This document shows, piece by piece, positions 12,208 to 22,026 of a stretch of 64,000 bases of DNA; the stretch's first letter is position 1; every line of letters begins with the position of its first letter. Position numbers and translations under genes: made by a program. The notes beneath the pieces were generated by a model. That model saw nothing but the letters and a program-made list of their open reading frames with translations, was not told the DNA's origin and did not search any database. The stretch comes from Myxococcota bacterium (GTDB lineage: Bacteria; Myxococcota_A; UBA9042; PHBI01; JAWLBL01): assembly GCA_041687695.1 (NCBI GenBank), contig JAWLBL010000004.1, forward strand, positions 128,001 to 192,000, in the 5' to 3' direction.

Positions 12208-13131
12208 TCAGGCCGCCTCGTGCCCCATCAGGCGGATCATGACGGCCTTCTGGATGTGCAGGCGGTTCTCGGCCTGGTCGTAGATGATCGACCGGGGCCC
12301 GTCGCACACGTCCGCCGAGACCTCCTCGCCGCGGTGGGCGGGCAGGCAGTGCATGAACACGGCGGCGCGGTCGGCGCGGTCCATCAGGGCCTCGGTCACC
12401 TCGAAGCCCTGGAAGTCGGCGACGCGCTTGACCTGCTCGTCCTCCTGGCCCATCGACGCCCACACGTCCGTGTACACGACGTGCGCGCCCGCGACGGCCT
12501 CCTCGGGGCTGGTCGTCTCGATGATGCGCGTGCCGGCGGCCTGCGCGTCGGCCTCGCCCAGCGCGACTACGTCGCGGTCCATCCAGTAGCCCTCGGGCGA
12601 GGCGCAGGCGAAGTCCATGCCGGCCTTGGCGCAGGCGAACATCAGCGAGTGCGCCATGTTGTTGCCGTCGCCGACGTAGGCCAGCTTGAGCCCCTCGGTC
12701 TTGCCGAAGACCTCGTGCACCGTCATGACGTCGCACAGCGCCTGGCACGGGTGCAGCAGATCCGTCAGGCCGTTGATGACAGGCACCGTGCCGTAGTTGG
12801 CCAGATCGATGACGTCCTGGTGCGCGTAGGTGCGCGCCATGATGCCGTCGACGTAGCGGCTGAGGACCTTGGCCGTGTCGCTGATGGGCTCGCCGCGGCC
12901 CAGCTGGATGTCGCGCGCGCTGAGGAACATGCCCATGCCGCCCAGCTGGTGGATGCCGACCTCGAAGCTGACGCGGGTGCGCGTCGAGGACTTCTGGAAG
13001 ATCATCGCCAGCGACTTGCCTCGACAGGCGTCGCGGTACTGGGCCGGCGACGCCTTGACGGCGCGGCCGAGGTCGATGAGGTCCGCGACCTGGGCCGCGG
13101 AGAGATCGTGGATCGAGATGAGGTGCTTCAT
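12208..13131 (-). CDS. argF: Ornithine carbamoyltransferase
   Basis: SSTRT, HPCQ, DVWASMG and HCLP motifs; ATGA overlap with carbamate kinase. Confidence 0.95.
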   Translation of the reverse strand: MKHLISIHDLSAAQVADLIDLGRAVKASPAQYRDACRGKSLAMIFQKSSTRTRVSFEVGIHQLGGMGMFLSARDIQLGRGEPISDTAKVLSRYVDGIMARTYAHQDVIDLANYGTVPVINGLTDLLHPCQALCDVMTVHEVFGKTEGLKLAYVGDGNNMAHSLMFACAKAGMDFACASPEGYWMDRDVVALGEADAQAAGTRIIETTSPEEAVAGAHVVYTDVWASMGQEDEQVKRVADFQGFEVTEALMDRADRAAVFMHCLPAHRGEEVSADVCDGPRSIIYDQAENRLHIQKAVMIRLMGHEAA

Positions 13132-14180
13132 TCCCAAGCCTCTTCGGGGTCGTCCGGGCGGTCGGGGTCGGGGAACAGGTTGAGCTGGCGCCGCACGGCG
13201 CGCCCCTCCGGGTCGCGGGTCACGCGGGTGCCGGCGCGGTCGGCGAGCGCCGCCACCAGGCGCTCGGGGCTGGTGATGATGACGGCCGCGCCGCCGTCGT
13301 CGATGAAGTCGAGGGCGGCCTCGATCTTGGGGCCCATGCTGCCGGGCGGGAAGTGCCCCGCGGCGTGCAGCTCGCGCAGCTCGCTGGCCGAGACCTGCTC
13401 GAGCACGCGCTGACCCGGCTGGCCGAAGGACACGTAGACGTTGTCGACGGCCGTGATCAGGACCAACAGATCGGCGCCCAGGTGCGCGCCGAGCAAGGCC
13501 GACGTGCGGTCCTTGTCGACCACGGCCTCGAGGCCGACGTAGCCGCCGCGCCCGTCCACCGCCGTCGCCACGCCGCCGCCGCCGCCCGCGACGACGACCT
13601 GCTTGGCGTCGAGGAGCACCTGGACGCTCTCGAGGTCGAAGACGTCGAGCGGCTTGGGGCTGGGCACGACGCGCCGCCAGCCGCGGCCGGCGTCCTCGAC
13701 CATGTGGACGCCGGTCGTCTTCATCAGCTCGCGCGCGCGCCAGGCCGAGTAGAAGTGCCCGACCGGCTTGGTCGCCTGCTGCCAGGCGGGATCCTCGCGG
13801 CTGACCAGGACCTGCGTCAGCAGGCACGCGACGGGCCGCACCAGCCCCGCCGCCTTCATGACGTTGCGCAGCTCGTTGGTGAGCAGGTAGCCCATCGAGC
13901 CCTGCGTCGCGGCCACGCACACGTCGAGCGGCTGCGGCGGCACCTTGGTCGAGGCCTCCTCGTTGCGCAGCAGCTCGCGGCCGACCTGCGGGCCGTTGCC
14001 GTGCACGACCAGCACGCGGTAACCCTCGCGCAGCAGCTCGACGATGGCGCGCGCCACCTTGCGCGCGGCCCGCACCTGCTCGCGGTGGGTGCCCACCTCG
14101 TCTTTTTTGAGCAGGGCGTTGCCGCCGATCGCGAGGACGGCGAGGCGCGCGGGCGGGTTGGTCTCGGTGAGGTCGTCCAT
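13128..14180 (-). CDS. arcC: Carbamate kinase
   Basis: AIGGNAL, HGNGPQVG, EDAGRGWRRVVPSP, AVVDKD and GSMGPKIEA motifs. Confidence 0.95.
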   Translation of the reverse strand: MDDLTETNPPARLAVLAIGGNALLKKDEVGTHREQVRAARKVARAIVELLREGYRVLVVHGNGPQVGRELLRNEEASTKVPPQPLDVCVAATQGSMGYLLTNELRNVMKAAGLVRPVACLLTQVLVSREDPAWQQATKPVGHFYSAWRARELMKTTGVHMVEDAGRGWRRVVPSPKPLDVFDLESVQVLLDAKQVVVAGGGGGVATAVDGRGGYVGLEAVVDKDRTSALLGAHLGADLLVLITAVDNVYVSFGQPGQRVLEQVSASELRELHAAGHFPPGSMGPKIEAALDFIDDGGAAVIITSPERLVAALADRAGTRVTRDPEGRAVRRQLNLFPDPDRPDDPEEAWE

Positions 14181-14360
14181 GTCGCCGCGAGCGATAGCAC
14201 AGGGCCCGATCGGCTGCCAGTGCTCGACCTTCGCCGCCTCTCGCGACCCTCGCCGCGCCGCGAGGGACGCGGACGATCTTGACGCAGGCCGGCCATTGCG
14301 TTGCTCTTAGCGCGCCGCGCGCCACGTCGGCCCGCGCCGCGTCCCCGGAGCCTCCCCGCG

Positions 14361-15044
14361 ATGCCGTTGAGAGCCACCCTGGCCACCCTGGCCCTCGCCG
14401 CCCTGCTGGGCGCCTGCTACTCGCCCGTCGCGCAGGTCCCCTCGCTGGCGCCCGTCGACACCACGCAGCCGATGGTCCGCTACAAGGCCATCCAGGGCGA
14501 GGCCTGCCGCACGCTGCTCCTGCACATGATCCCCATCGGGACCAACAGCGCGCTCGAGGCCATCTGGGACATGAAGCGGCTCGAGGGCGTCGACGGCTAC
14601 GTCGAGGTCACGGTCGAGGAGCACACCCTCTTCTGGCTGCTCGGCACGACCCTGTGCACCCAGGTGACCGCCTACCCCTTCACCTACGGCGTCGAGCCCA
14701 AGCCCCTGTCGCTGCGCGGCGAGGTGCCGGCCCCCGACTACGGCGTCGGCGCGCGCCCCGCCGCCGCGCCGGCCCCTCCAAACCCCGCGCCCGCGCCCGC
14801 GCCCGCGCCCCGGCCGGTCGTCACGGCCGCACCGGACCGCGACGGCGCCCCCGCGCGCGACCGCTGCGAGTTCGAGTGCAAGCGCTTCGGCCAGCTCGCC
14901 GGCTCGACCCAGCTCATCCAGCAGGTCGTCGCCGACCGCTGCCTCGAGCGCTGCACCGCGGGCGACGCGACCTACTTCCGCTGCGTGACCCAGGCCCGCT
15001 CGGCGGCGGACGTCAAGGAGTGCAATGCGGCGCCCGCGCCTTGA
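14361..15044 (+). CDS. Lipoprotein (TRL-like N-domain, Pro linker, Cys-rich C-domain)
   Basis: LLGAC lipobox; GEAC...LL..IPIG...C pattern. Confidence 0.7.
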   Translation: MPLRATLATLALAALLGACYSPVAQVPSLAPVDTTQPMVRYKAIQGEACRTLLLHMIPIGTNSALEAIWDMKRLEGVDGYVEVTVEEHTLFWLLGTTLCTQVTAYPFTYGVEPKPLSLRGEVPAPDYGVGARPAAAPAPPNPAPAPAPAPRPVVTAAPDRDGAPARDRCEFECKRFGQLAGSTQLIQQVVADRCLERCTAGDATYFRCVTQARSAADVKECNAAPAP

Positions 15045-15924
15045 TCGACGCGCCCTGGCCGCCCTCGTGCTGTTGACCGCGGCGCCGGCCTGTCGCGAGA
15101 CCTCCGACACGGTGACCGCGGCCGACGAGCAGATGGCCGAGCTGGTCCCCGAGCACATGCGCCACCTGCCGACGACCGCCTCGGACGACGAGCGCTGGGC
15201 GCGCGCGCAGGCGGTCAGCGAGGCCCACGCCAAGGGCCTCGCGCCGCGGCCCGGCCGCGCCTTTCCCGAGGACAGCCCCGAGGCGCGGCTCCTGACGGCC
15301 ATCGAGCACCGCCTCGCCTGCCGCGACGACGCCTGCGCCAGCGAGGCGCTCGGGCGCATCCGCGCGGCCGCCGACCGCCTGCTCCCGGCGCTGTCGGCGC
15401 TGCTCGAGGAGCAGCCCGACGCCGTGCTCATCGAGGCCATCCGCCTGGCGGGCCTGTTCGCGCGCAAGGACACGGTCGCGGCCCTCGGGCAGCTCGCGAT
15501 CGGTGGCTCGCGCCCGGTTCGGGCCGAGGCGGTCTGGGCGCTCGGCGAGGTCCGTGACCCGGCCGGCGCGCGGCCGCTGGTCCGCGTGGCGCTCTCGCGG
15601 CCCGAGCCCGGCCTGCGGCCCCCCCTCTGCCGCGCCCTGGGGCGGATTGGCGCCGCCGAGGGCGTCCAGGGCCTCGCCGCGCTCATCGGCGACGCCGATC
15701 CCCTGCTGCGGCGGGACTGCGTCGACGCCCTGGGCGACATCGCCGCCCGCGAAGCGGTGGACCAGCTGAGCGTGCTGGCGATGGAGCACGGCGACGCGGC
15801 CACCCGCGAGGCGGCGGTCACCGCGCTGCGGCGCAACCGGGCGCCCGAGGCCGCGGCCGCGCTGAAGCGGCTGGCGCGGAGCGGGCCGGCCGACGTGCGG
15901 AAGCTGGCGGGTCGCCCGCGCTGA
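15025..15924 (+). CDS. HEAT-repeat putative lipoprotein
   Basis: APAC lipobox-like motif; VRAEAVWALG and LRRDCVDALG repeats. Confidence 0.8.
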   Translation: MRRPRLDRRALAALVLLTAAPACRETSDTVTAADEQMAELVPEHMRHLPTTASDDERWARAQAVSEAHAKGLAPRPGRAFPEDSPEARLLTAIEHRLACRDDACASEALGRIRAAADRLLPALSALLEEQPDAVLIEAIRLAGLFARKDTVAALGQLAIGGSRPVRAEAVWALGEVRDPAGARPLVRVALSRPEPGLRPPLCRALGRIGAAEGVQGLAALIGDADPLLRRDCVDALGDIAAREAVDQLSVLAMEHGDAATREAAVTALRRNRAPEAAAALKRLARSGPADVRKLAGRPR

Positions 15925-16031
15925 ACGAGGTCGCAGGGCGCCGACGGCCGACGCCGGGTTGACACCACCCGGGCGGGCTGTCAGCGTCTTCGGCTCCCCT
16001 GTTCGATCGCCGTCTGCCCTCGAGGTGGCCC

Positions 16032-17645
16032 ATGCGAAGCGCGCGCGCCCTCGCTCTCGGTCTGGTCCTGGCGACCGGCCCCTTCGGCCTCTCGGCCTCG
16101 CCGCCGGTCCACGCGACCGAGGGGCCGGCCAGGCCCGCGCATCTGCCGCGGCCCGAGCCGCGCGGCCACCGCGACCTGCTGACGCAGCGGCCCGCCCAGC
16201 TGCCGCCGCACGTGCTGCAGCGCGCGCCGGCGCCCCAGGCCGCGCAGGGGGCCGGCCCCATCGTGCAGCGAGAGGTCTGGGGGTACCTGCCGTACTGGGA
16301 GATGGACTACACCTTCCCGCGCTGGGATCTCCTGACGGTCCTGGCCTGGTTCGCGGCGGACATCGACAGCGCCGGCAACATCGTCGACTACAACGGCTGG
16401 GGGGGCACGGCGACCCAGGACCTCGTCGACGAGGGCCACGCCAACGGCGTCAAGGTCATCGTCACGGTGACCAACTTCAGCAGCAGCTCCATCGGCACGC
16501 TCGTCAACAGCGCCAGCAACCGGGCCAAGGCCATCGAGTCGTGCCTGGCGCTGATGGCCACCCACGGCGCCGACGGCATCAACATCGACTTCGAGTTCGT
16601 CCCGTCGAGCGGCAAGGCCGGCTTCGTGACCTTCATGAAGGATCTGAAGCTGGCCGTGGCCGAGGCGCAGCCCAACGGGTGGGACGGCCACGTCAGCCTG
16701 GCCGGGCCCTCCATCGACTGGAACGGCGCGTACGACTACGACGAGCTGCTCATCCACACCGACGGCATCATGGTGATGGCGTACGGGTACCACTGGAAGG
16801 GCGGCACGCCGGGCCCGCTGTCGCCGCTGTTCACGGGCGACCTGTGGAAGAGCAAGTCCATCGCCTGGACCATCGACGACTACCTGACCTGGGGCGGCGT
16901 CGACAACCGCCACAAGGTCATCATCGGCCTGCCGTTCTACGGCAACGAGTGGCCCGTCGTCAGCGCGACCGTCCCGGCGACCAAGACCGCCGACGGGATC
17001 TCGATCTTCTTCAACAAGGCCATGCCCGAGGCGCTCGAGCAGGGGCGGCAGTGGGACGACGTCTCGAAGACGCCGTACTACCACGTCACGCGCAACGGCA
17101 AGTTGAAGCAGGTCTGGTACGACGACGAGGAGAGCCTGACCCACAAGGTGGCCTACGTCGACCAGATGGACATGGGCGGCATCGGGATCTGGGCGCTGGG
17201 CTACGACGCGCCCTTTCCGGACCTGTGGACGGCCATCGAGTCGGTGCTGGGCCCGGACGAGCCGCCGGTCGTCGCGGACGAGGGGCCGGGCGAGGACGAT
17301 CTGGGCCCGGTCGTGCCCGACGAGGGCGGCGGCGAGGCGGAGGTGGTCGAGCCCGGCCCGGTGGTCGAGCCCGGCCCGGTGGTCGAGGACGAGCCCGACG
17401 CGGGCGGCGGCGAGCCGGACGTGACGGCGCCCCCCGCCGACGCGACCTGGGCCGACGTCGCCGCGCCCGACGCCCCGGGCGACAGCAAGGCGCCGCAGGT
17501 GGGGCCCGTCGAGCGCTGGTCGCACGCGAACTTCGCTCAGAACGACGGCGGATGCGCGGGCGGCTCGGCCCGCGGCGGCCTGCTGTTCGGCGCGCTGGCG
17601 CTCGTGGCCTGGGGTTGGCGGCGGCGGGCCGCGCGCGGCGCCTGA
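16032..17645 (+). CDS. GH18 glycoside hydrolase with MYXO-CTERM-like sorting tail
   Basis: DGINIDFE catalytic motif, MAYGY, GIGIWALG; acidic linker; GGC...hydrophobic...RRR C-terminus. Confidence 0.9.
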   Translation: MRSARALALGLVLATGPFGLSASPPVHATEGPARPAHLPRPEPRGHRDLLTQRPAQLPPHVLQRAPAPQAAQGAGPIVQREVWGYLPYWEMDYTFPRWDLLTVLAWFAADIDSAGNIVDYNGWGGTATQDLVDEGHANGVKVIVTVTNFSSSSIGTLVNSASNRAKAIESCLALMATHGADGINIDFEFVPSSGKAGFVTFMKDLKLAVAEAQPNGWDGHVSLAGPSIDWNGAYDYDELLIHTDGIMVMAYGYHWKGGTPGPLSPLFTGDLWKSKSIAWTIDDYLTWGGVDNRHKVIIGLPFYGNEWPVVSATVPATKTADGISIFFNKAMPEALEQGRQWDDVSKTPYYHVTRNGKLKQVWYDDEESLTHKVAYVDQMDMGGIGIWALGYDAPFPDLWTAIESVLGPDEPPVVADEGPGEDDLGPVVPDEGGGEAEVVEPGPVVEPGPVVEDEPDAGGGEPDVTAPPADATWADVAAPDAPGDSKAPQVGPVERWSHANFAQNDGGCAGGSARGGLLFGALALVAWGWRRRAARGA

Positions 17646-17720
17646 CGCGACGTGCGAAAAGACCACGCCGGCCACCCCGCGGGGGGATGACCGGCGTGGG
17701 AGCGGCCGCCGCGGCGCCGG

Positions 17721-18860
17721 TCAGAACGTCGCGGAGACCACGACCTGCGGCTTGCCCTTGCCCTTGCCCTTGCCCTTGCCCTTGCCGCGCGGCTTGGCTT
17801 CCACGGGCGGCACGGGCATCGGCGCGACGACCACCGGGCGCGGCGCCGGCGGGCTGAAGACCGCGGCCGTGGTGCGGTCCGGGGCGATGCGGACGCGCTG
17901 GTGCAGGTCGCGGCGCGCCCGGCCGTCGGCGGTCAGCAGGAAGTCGCCGGCCGGCAGGTCGCGGAAGAGCGCGGTCTGACCGGGGCGCAGGCTGCCGAGC
18001 TTGCGGCCGTCCAGCTCGATCCGCATCCGCTGCGCCGTGGCGTTGGTCACGCGGAGGTCGCCGGTCGGCAGGTAGGCCGGGGCGAAGCGGCCCTTGCCGC
18101 CGGGCGCGAGGCGGACGGCGTCGGCGGCGAGCACGCGGCCCTTGGCGCGCAGCGAGACCTCGTGGCGGCCCGGGGTCTGCTGGGCGATGAGGAGGCTCTG
18201 ACCCGGGGCCACCGACGCGACGCGGCGGCCGTCGATCCAGACGTTGGCGCGGCGCGGGAAGGGGTTGGTCACGAGCAGCTCGGCGAGCCAGGGCGCCAGG
18301 CGGACCTGGGTCGCGCCGCCGGGGCGGACCGTGAAGGTCTCGCGCACGGGGGCCGCTTCGCGGGCGTGCGGGCCGGCGGGGAAGGCCACCAGGGTGTGCT
18401 CGCCCGCGAGCAGCTGATCGGTCTCGAGGCGCGCGCCGGGGCGGACCAGGCCGAGGTCGTGGCCGTCGAGGCGCACGCGCATGGGGACGCCGCTCTGGTT
18501 GTCGATGCGGGCGCGGCCGGTCATCGGCGCGACGCGGAGGGAGGCGCGGCCGCGCGGCGGGACCGCGACCGACTCGCTGACCGCCGGCAGGCCGGGGCTG
18601 GTGACCGTGACCAGCCGGACGCCGTTCGGGACGCCGCCCAGGGTGCGGGTGCCGCGCGGGCCGATGGCGCCGGCCGGCTCGCCGTCGATGCTCAGGTGGA
18701 TGGCCTGCGCCCGGTCGTTGACGACCTGCAGCTCGCCGTCGAGCGAGGCGCTGTGGCCATGACCGGCGAAGGCCAGGCCGGGGACCAGCAGGAGGGTCGC
18801 CGCCAGGGCGACCGAGAGCGCGCGCGTCGTCCGACGCATCTTCGAGGGGCGGGGCTGCAT
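17721..18860 (-). CDS. Secreted protein with four PEGA-like beta repeats and a GK-repeat tail
   Basis: Signal peptide; 4x (L/A).(V/I).N......I/LDG.....PG; AAGGAGG SD upstream. Confidence 0.75.
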   Translation of the reverse strand: MQPRPSKMRRTTRALSVALAATLLLVPGLAFAGHGHSASLDGELQVVNDRAQAIHLSIDGEPAGAIGPRGTRTLGGVPNGVRLVTVTSPGLPAVSESVAVPPRGRASLRVAPMTGRARIDNQSGVPMRVRLDGHDLGLVRPGARLETDQLLAGEHTLVAFPAGPHAREAAPVRETFTVRPGGATQVRLAPWLAELLVTNPFPRRANVWIDGRRVASVAPGQSLLIAQQTPGRHEVSLRAKGRVLAADAVRLAPGGKGRFAPAYLPTGDLRVTNATAQRMRIELDGRKLGSLRPGQTALFRDLPAGDFLLTADGRARRDLHQRVRIAPDRTTAAVFSPPAPRPVVVAPMPVPPVEAKPRGKGKGKGKGKGKPQVVVSATF

Positions 18861-18968
18861 GGGGGACCTCCTTGGGGTCTCGAGGATACGTGTGTTGTGA
18901 CGCGGTATCGGTTCGGCTATTCAGTCGTCTTCATTGCGGATTTGTGTATGTGCGATGCGGCAGAAACG

Positions 18969-18997
18969 CCGAAGCCCCGCACGAGGCGGGGCTTCGG
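18969..18997 (-). terminator. Intrinsic terminator
   Basis: Perfect 12-bp stem ccgaagccccgc/gcggggcttcgg with 5-nt loop, followed by CGTTTCTG on the minus strand, downstream of the 19022 gene. Confidence 0.7.
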
Positions 18998-19021
18998 GAG
19001 AGGGAGAGGGGAGGGTGAGGG

Positions 19022-19519
19022 TCAGCGGGTGGCGCTGCCCCGGGAGAGGCGGCCGCGCTTGCTGGGGATGGGCTCGAGGGGGTTGCGGATGCCGCCGGAG
19101 CGGTTCAGGGCCTGGCCCCGCACCTCGATGCGGGTGCCGTTCCCGTCGGCCTGGACGTTGGCCACGATGACCTCGCCGTCCTTCTCGAAGGAGAAGTTGT
19201 ACGAGCCGTCCGCGGCCATGCGGGCCCAGCCGACCACCTCGTAGCCGTTGTCGAGGCGGCGGGCCTCGACGAAGGCCTTGCGGAGCTCGGCGACGACCTT
19301 GGTGTCGGCCGTGCGGGCGAAGAGCACGAGGTCGCGGCGGCCGCGGTCGGTCAGGACGACGCGCTCGTTGGCGACGTCGATCTTCAGCCCGTCGATGGCG
19401 CCACGGATCTCGGTCTGGCGCGCGGGGATGTTCGGCGGCGCGGCGAGGGCGGAGCCGCCGACGGCCAGAGTCAGCGCGAAGACCAGCGAACGCAGGATGC
19501 GGCGAGTGCTCATGCTCAT
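19022..19519 (-). CDS. Secreted hypothetical protein
   Basis: Signal peptide (SALA-A); GGAGG SD upstream. Confidence 0.75.
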   Translation of the reverse strand: MSMSTRRILRSLVFALTLAVGGSALAAPPNIPARQTEIRGAIDGLKIDVANERVVLTDRGRRDLVLFARTADTKVVAELRKAFVEARRLDNGYEVVGWARMAADGSYNFSFEKDGEVIVANVQADGNGTRIEVRGQALNRSGGIRNPLEPIPSKRGRLSRGSATR

Positions 19520-19817
19520 GGGGGTATCCTCCGAAGGGGACGTCGTCACAGGGGCGGACCGTAGGCCCAGGGGGCCGGGGCGGTCCGGGCGGTTTGCCAG
19601 GGTCGCGCCAGGTGAGTGTCCCAACGCGGCGGGTCAGACGGGGCGGCGCGAGCGACATTCAATCGGCGACGCGACGTTGCGCCGCGGCTGGCCAACGTGC
19701 CAGAGATTCCAACCGGTTATCGCCTCCGGCTGCCTCCCGACCAGTTGACGAGAGCGCACGATAGGGGTAGGGCAGGAGGCGGACGGCTCGTCGCCCACAC
19801 CCTCCGGGAGGACCCTC

Positions 19818-21362
19818 ATGAGAGCGCTTTGGCACCTTCTCCCCGCGTCGGCCCTGGCTCTGGGCCTGGTCGGCTGCTTCGAGCAGGAGCAGGACACCTG
19901 CGAGTACTGGAGCGGCAAGCTCACGAGCGCCAGCCAGATCGACAAGGCGCTGTCCAAGGTGGACGAGCTGCAGTGCAAGGAGGCGGTGCCCACCCTCGAG
20001 AAGCTGTTCAACGAGGGGCAGTACCAGGAGCGCATCCTCCGCATCGTCAAGTCCATCGGTGACCAGAAGGCCGCGGCCCCGATCCTGAAGAAGGCGCTGA
20101 CGATCCGCGACACCAGCAAGCTCGCTGCGTCGATCGTCTCCGACTGGAAGCTGGCCGAGGCCAAGCCCGAGCTCGAGCAGATCCTGACGGGCACGGCGAT
20201 GCCGAAGTTCCGCGAAGAGGCGCTCAAGGCGCTCCTCACCTTCGAGAAGCCCGAGAACATCGAGGACCTGCTGATCCAGCTGGCGGGCGACGACCCGAAC
20301 ATGCAGGGCATCCTGGTCAACAAGCTCGCGGTCGAGAAGCTCAGCGAGATGAAGAGCGCCAAGGCCGTGCCCGTGCTGGTCAAGGCCGCCTTCATGCGCA
20401 CCGCGCGCGGCGAGAAGGTCTACCGCTTCGCCCGCGAGGGCCTGGCCGCCTCGGGCGGCGCGGCGACCGAGATGCTCATCAAGACGGTCCTGGGTGAGAA
20501 CGAGGAGCTCAAGGCGTACGCGCGCGAGAACGGCATCTACGACTGGGAGTGGAACGCCAGCCCCGAGATCGTGCAGCTGCTGACCGACACCATGGACCCG
20601 AAGGCGGCCCCGGCGCTGGTCAAGAACATGGCCGCCGACATCGTCGAGCCGACCGGCATCAGCCCGACGGCGCAGGACGCCTGGCGCCAGGCGCAGATCA
20701 ACCGCCTCAAGACCATCATGCTCGGCATGGGGCACATGCCGCCGGCCCCCGAGGTCATCGAGCCGCTGGTGGCGCTCATCAAGGACCCCAACGCCGACGC
20801 GCGCGCCCAGCGCCTGCAGGCCGCCTCGGTGCTGGCCTACATGGGCACGGCCGAGGCGCAGGACCGGCTGCTGACCGTCTACAAGGAAGAGACCGACAAC
20901 CGGTTCCGCGCGCCGCTGCTCTTCCCGCTCGTCGAGGCCATCGACGCCTCGCGCCTCGCCGCCTTCGACGAGCTGGTCAAGGAGCCGCACGCCCTGGTCA
21001 AGGAGACCCTGGACGACGAGCGCGTCAAGGGCTACCTGGCCGCGCTGCGCGAGTGCAAGGACGACACCAGCTGCTGGGTGAAGAAGCTCGACAGCGAGGA
21101 CAAGTGGCAGGTCATCAAGGCCGCCCTGATGCTCGCCCGCGGCCAGGGCGACGTCGCCGCCGTGCGCCAGGCCCTGCTCGACAAGTTCGGCAAGACCCCG
21201 CCGGGCGAGATCGACGTGCGGCGCTTCACGCTGATGGCGCTGACCCGCATCGGCGACGCGGCGACCGGCCAGCAGCTGCTCGAGCTGGGCAAGAACGCCA
21301 CCGACAAGTACTGGCCGGGCGAGCTGCAGGCCTACGGGGCGTACCTGGCCGCGCGCAAGTAG
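19818..21362 (+). CDS. HEAT/ARM-repeat lipoprotein
   Basis: LVGC lipobox; helical repeats; GGAGG SD; strong codon bias. Confidence 0.85.
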   Translation: MRALWHLLPASALALGLVGCFEQEQDTCEYWSGKLTSASQIDKALSKVDELQCKEAVPTLEKLFNEGQYQERILRIVKSIGDQKAAAPILKKALTIRDTSKLAASIVSDWKLAEAKPELEQILTGTAMPKFREEALKALLTFEKPENIEDLLIQLAGDDPNMQGILVNKLAVEKLSEMKSAKAVPVLVKAAFMRTARGEKVYRFAREGLAASGGAATEMLIKTVLGENEELKAYARENGIYDWEWNASPEIVQLLTDTMDPKAAPALVKNMAADIVEPTGISPTAQDAWRQAQINRLKTIMLGMGHMPPAPEVIEPLVALIKDPNADARAQRLQAASVLAYMGTAEAQDRLLTVYKEETDNRFRAPLLFPLVEAIDASRLAAFDELVKEPHALVKETLDDERVKGYLAALRECKDDTSCWVKKLDSEDKWQVIKAALMLARGQGDVAAVRQALLDKFGKTPPGEIDVRRFTLMALTRIGDAATGQQLLELGKNATDKYWPGELQAYGAYLAARK

Positions 21363-21382
21363 GCGCCGGGTCGCGACGACAC

Positions 21383-21420
21383 GAGGCGGCGTGCCATGCG
21401 GTGCGCCGCCTCTTTCGTTT
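21383..21420 (+). terminator. Intrinsic terminator
   Basis: gaggcggcgtgc/gtgcgccgcctc stem followed by TTTCGTTT. Confidence 0.7.
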
Positions 21421-21459
21421 CGAACCGGCGGGTCGGGGCCCCACGCGGGGGCCCGGGCC

Positions 21460-22026
21460 TCACTTACAGACGGTGACCTGGGTGCTGCGCGAGCAGGAGA
21501 AGTCGTCGCAGTCGGTGAAGCCGTTGCCGTCGTTGTCGATGCCGTCCGAGCAACGGACGTCGTTGCCTTCGCAGACGGTGACGCCCGGGGCCTTCGAGCA
21601 CGAGAAGTCGCCGCAGTCGATGTGGCCGTTCCAGTCGTTGTCGAGGCCGTCGGAGCAGGTCTCGTCGGTGTTCTCGGGGCCCTGGACCTCGGTGCGGCAG
21701 GCGGCCGTGGGGCGGCACGAGAAGTCGGCGCAGTCGGTGTAGCCGTTGCCGTCGTTGTCGAAGCCGTCGGCGCAGCGCTCGGCGGTGTCCTCGGGGCCCC
21801 GCTCGCGGCACAGGTAGGCGCCGGCGCAGTCGGGGTCCTCGCAGTCGGTGAGGCCGTCGCGGTCGTTGTCCTCGCCGTCGGTGCAGGCGGCCTCGTCGCC
21901 GGCGGCGCAGCCGGGGCACTCGGCCTCGAGGTGCAGCGGGACGGTGTAGATGCGCTCCTCGCAGGCCGCCTGGGGGGCGGAGAGCGCGAGGGCGAGGAGG
22001 GCGGCGTGGCGGAGGCGGCGGATCAT
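21460..22026 (-). CDS. Cys/Asp-rich lipoprotein with 4 CxDGxDNDxxGxxDCxD repeats (putative Ca/metal-binding)
   Basis: QAAC lipobox-like motif; four repeats; ATGA overlap with pgsA. Confidence 0.8.
   Translation of the reverse strand: MIRRLRHAALLALALSAPQAACEERIYTVPLHLEAECPGCAAGDEAACTDGEDNDRDGLTDCEDPDCAGAYLCRERGPEDTAERCADGFDNDGNGYTDCADFSCRPTAACRTEVQGPENTDETCSDGLDNDWNGHIDCGDFSCSKAPGVTVCEGNDVRCSDGIDNDGNGFTDCDDFSCSRSTQVTVCK

Noticed and set aside
17749..17785. cccttg microsatellite as a phase-variation site
   Set aside because: The 6-bp unit is in frame (GK repeat) near the C-terminus, so slippage would not switch expression.
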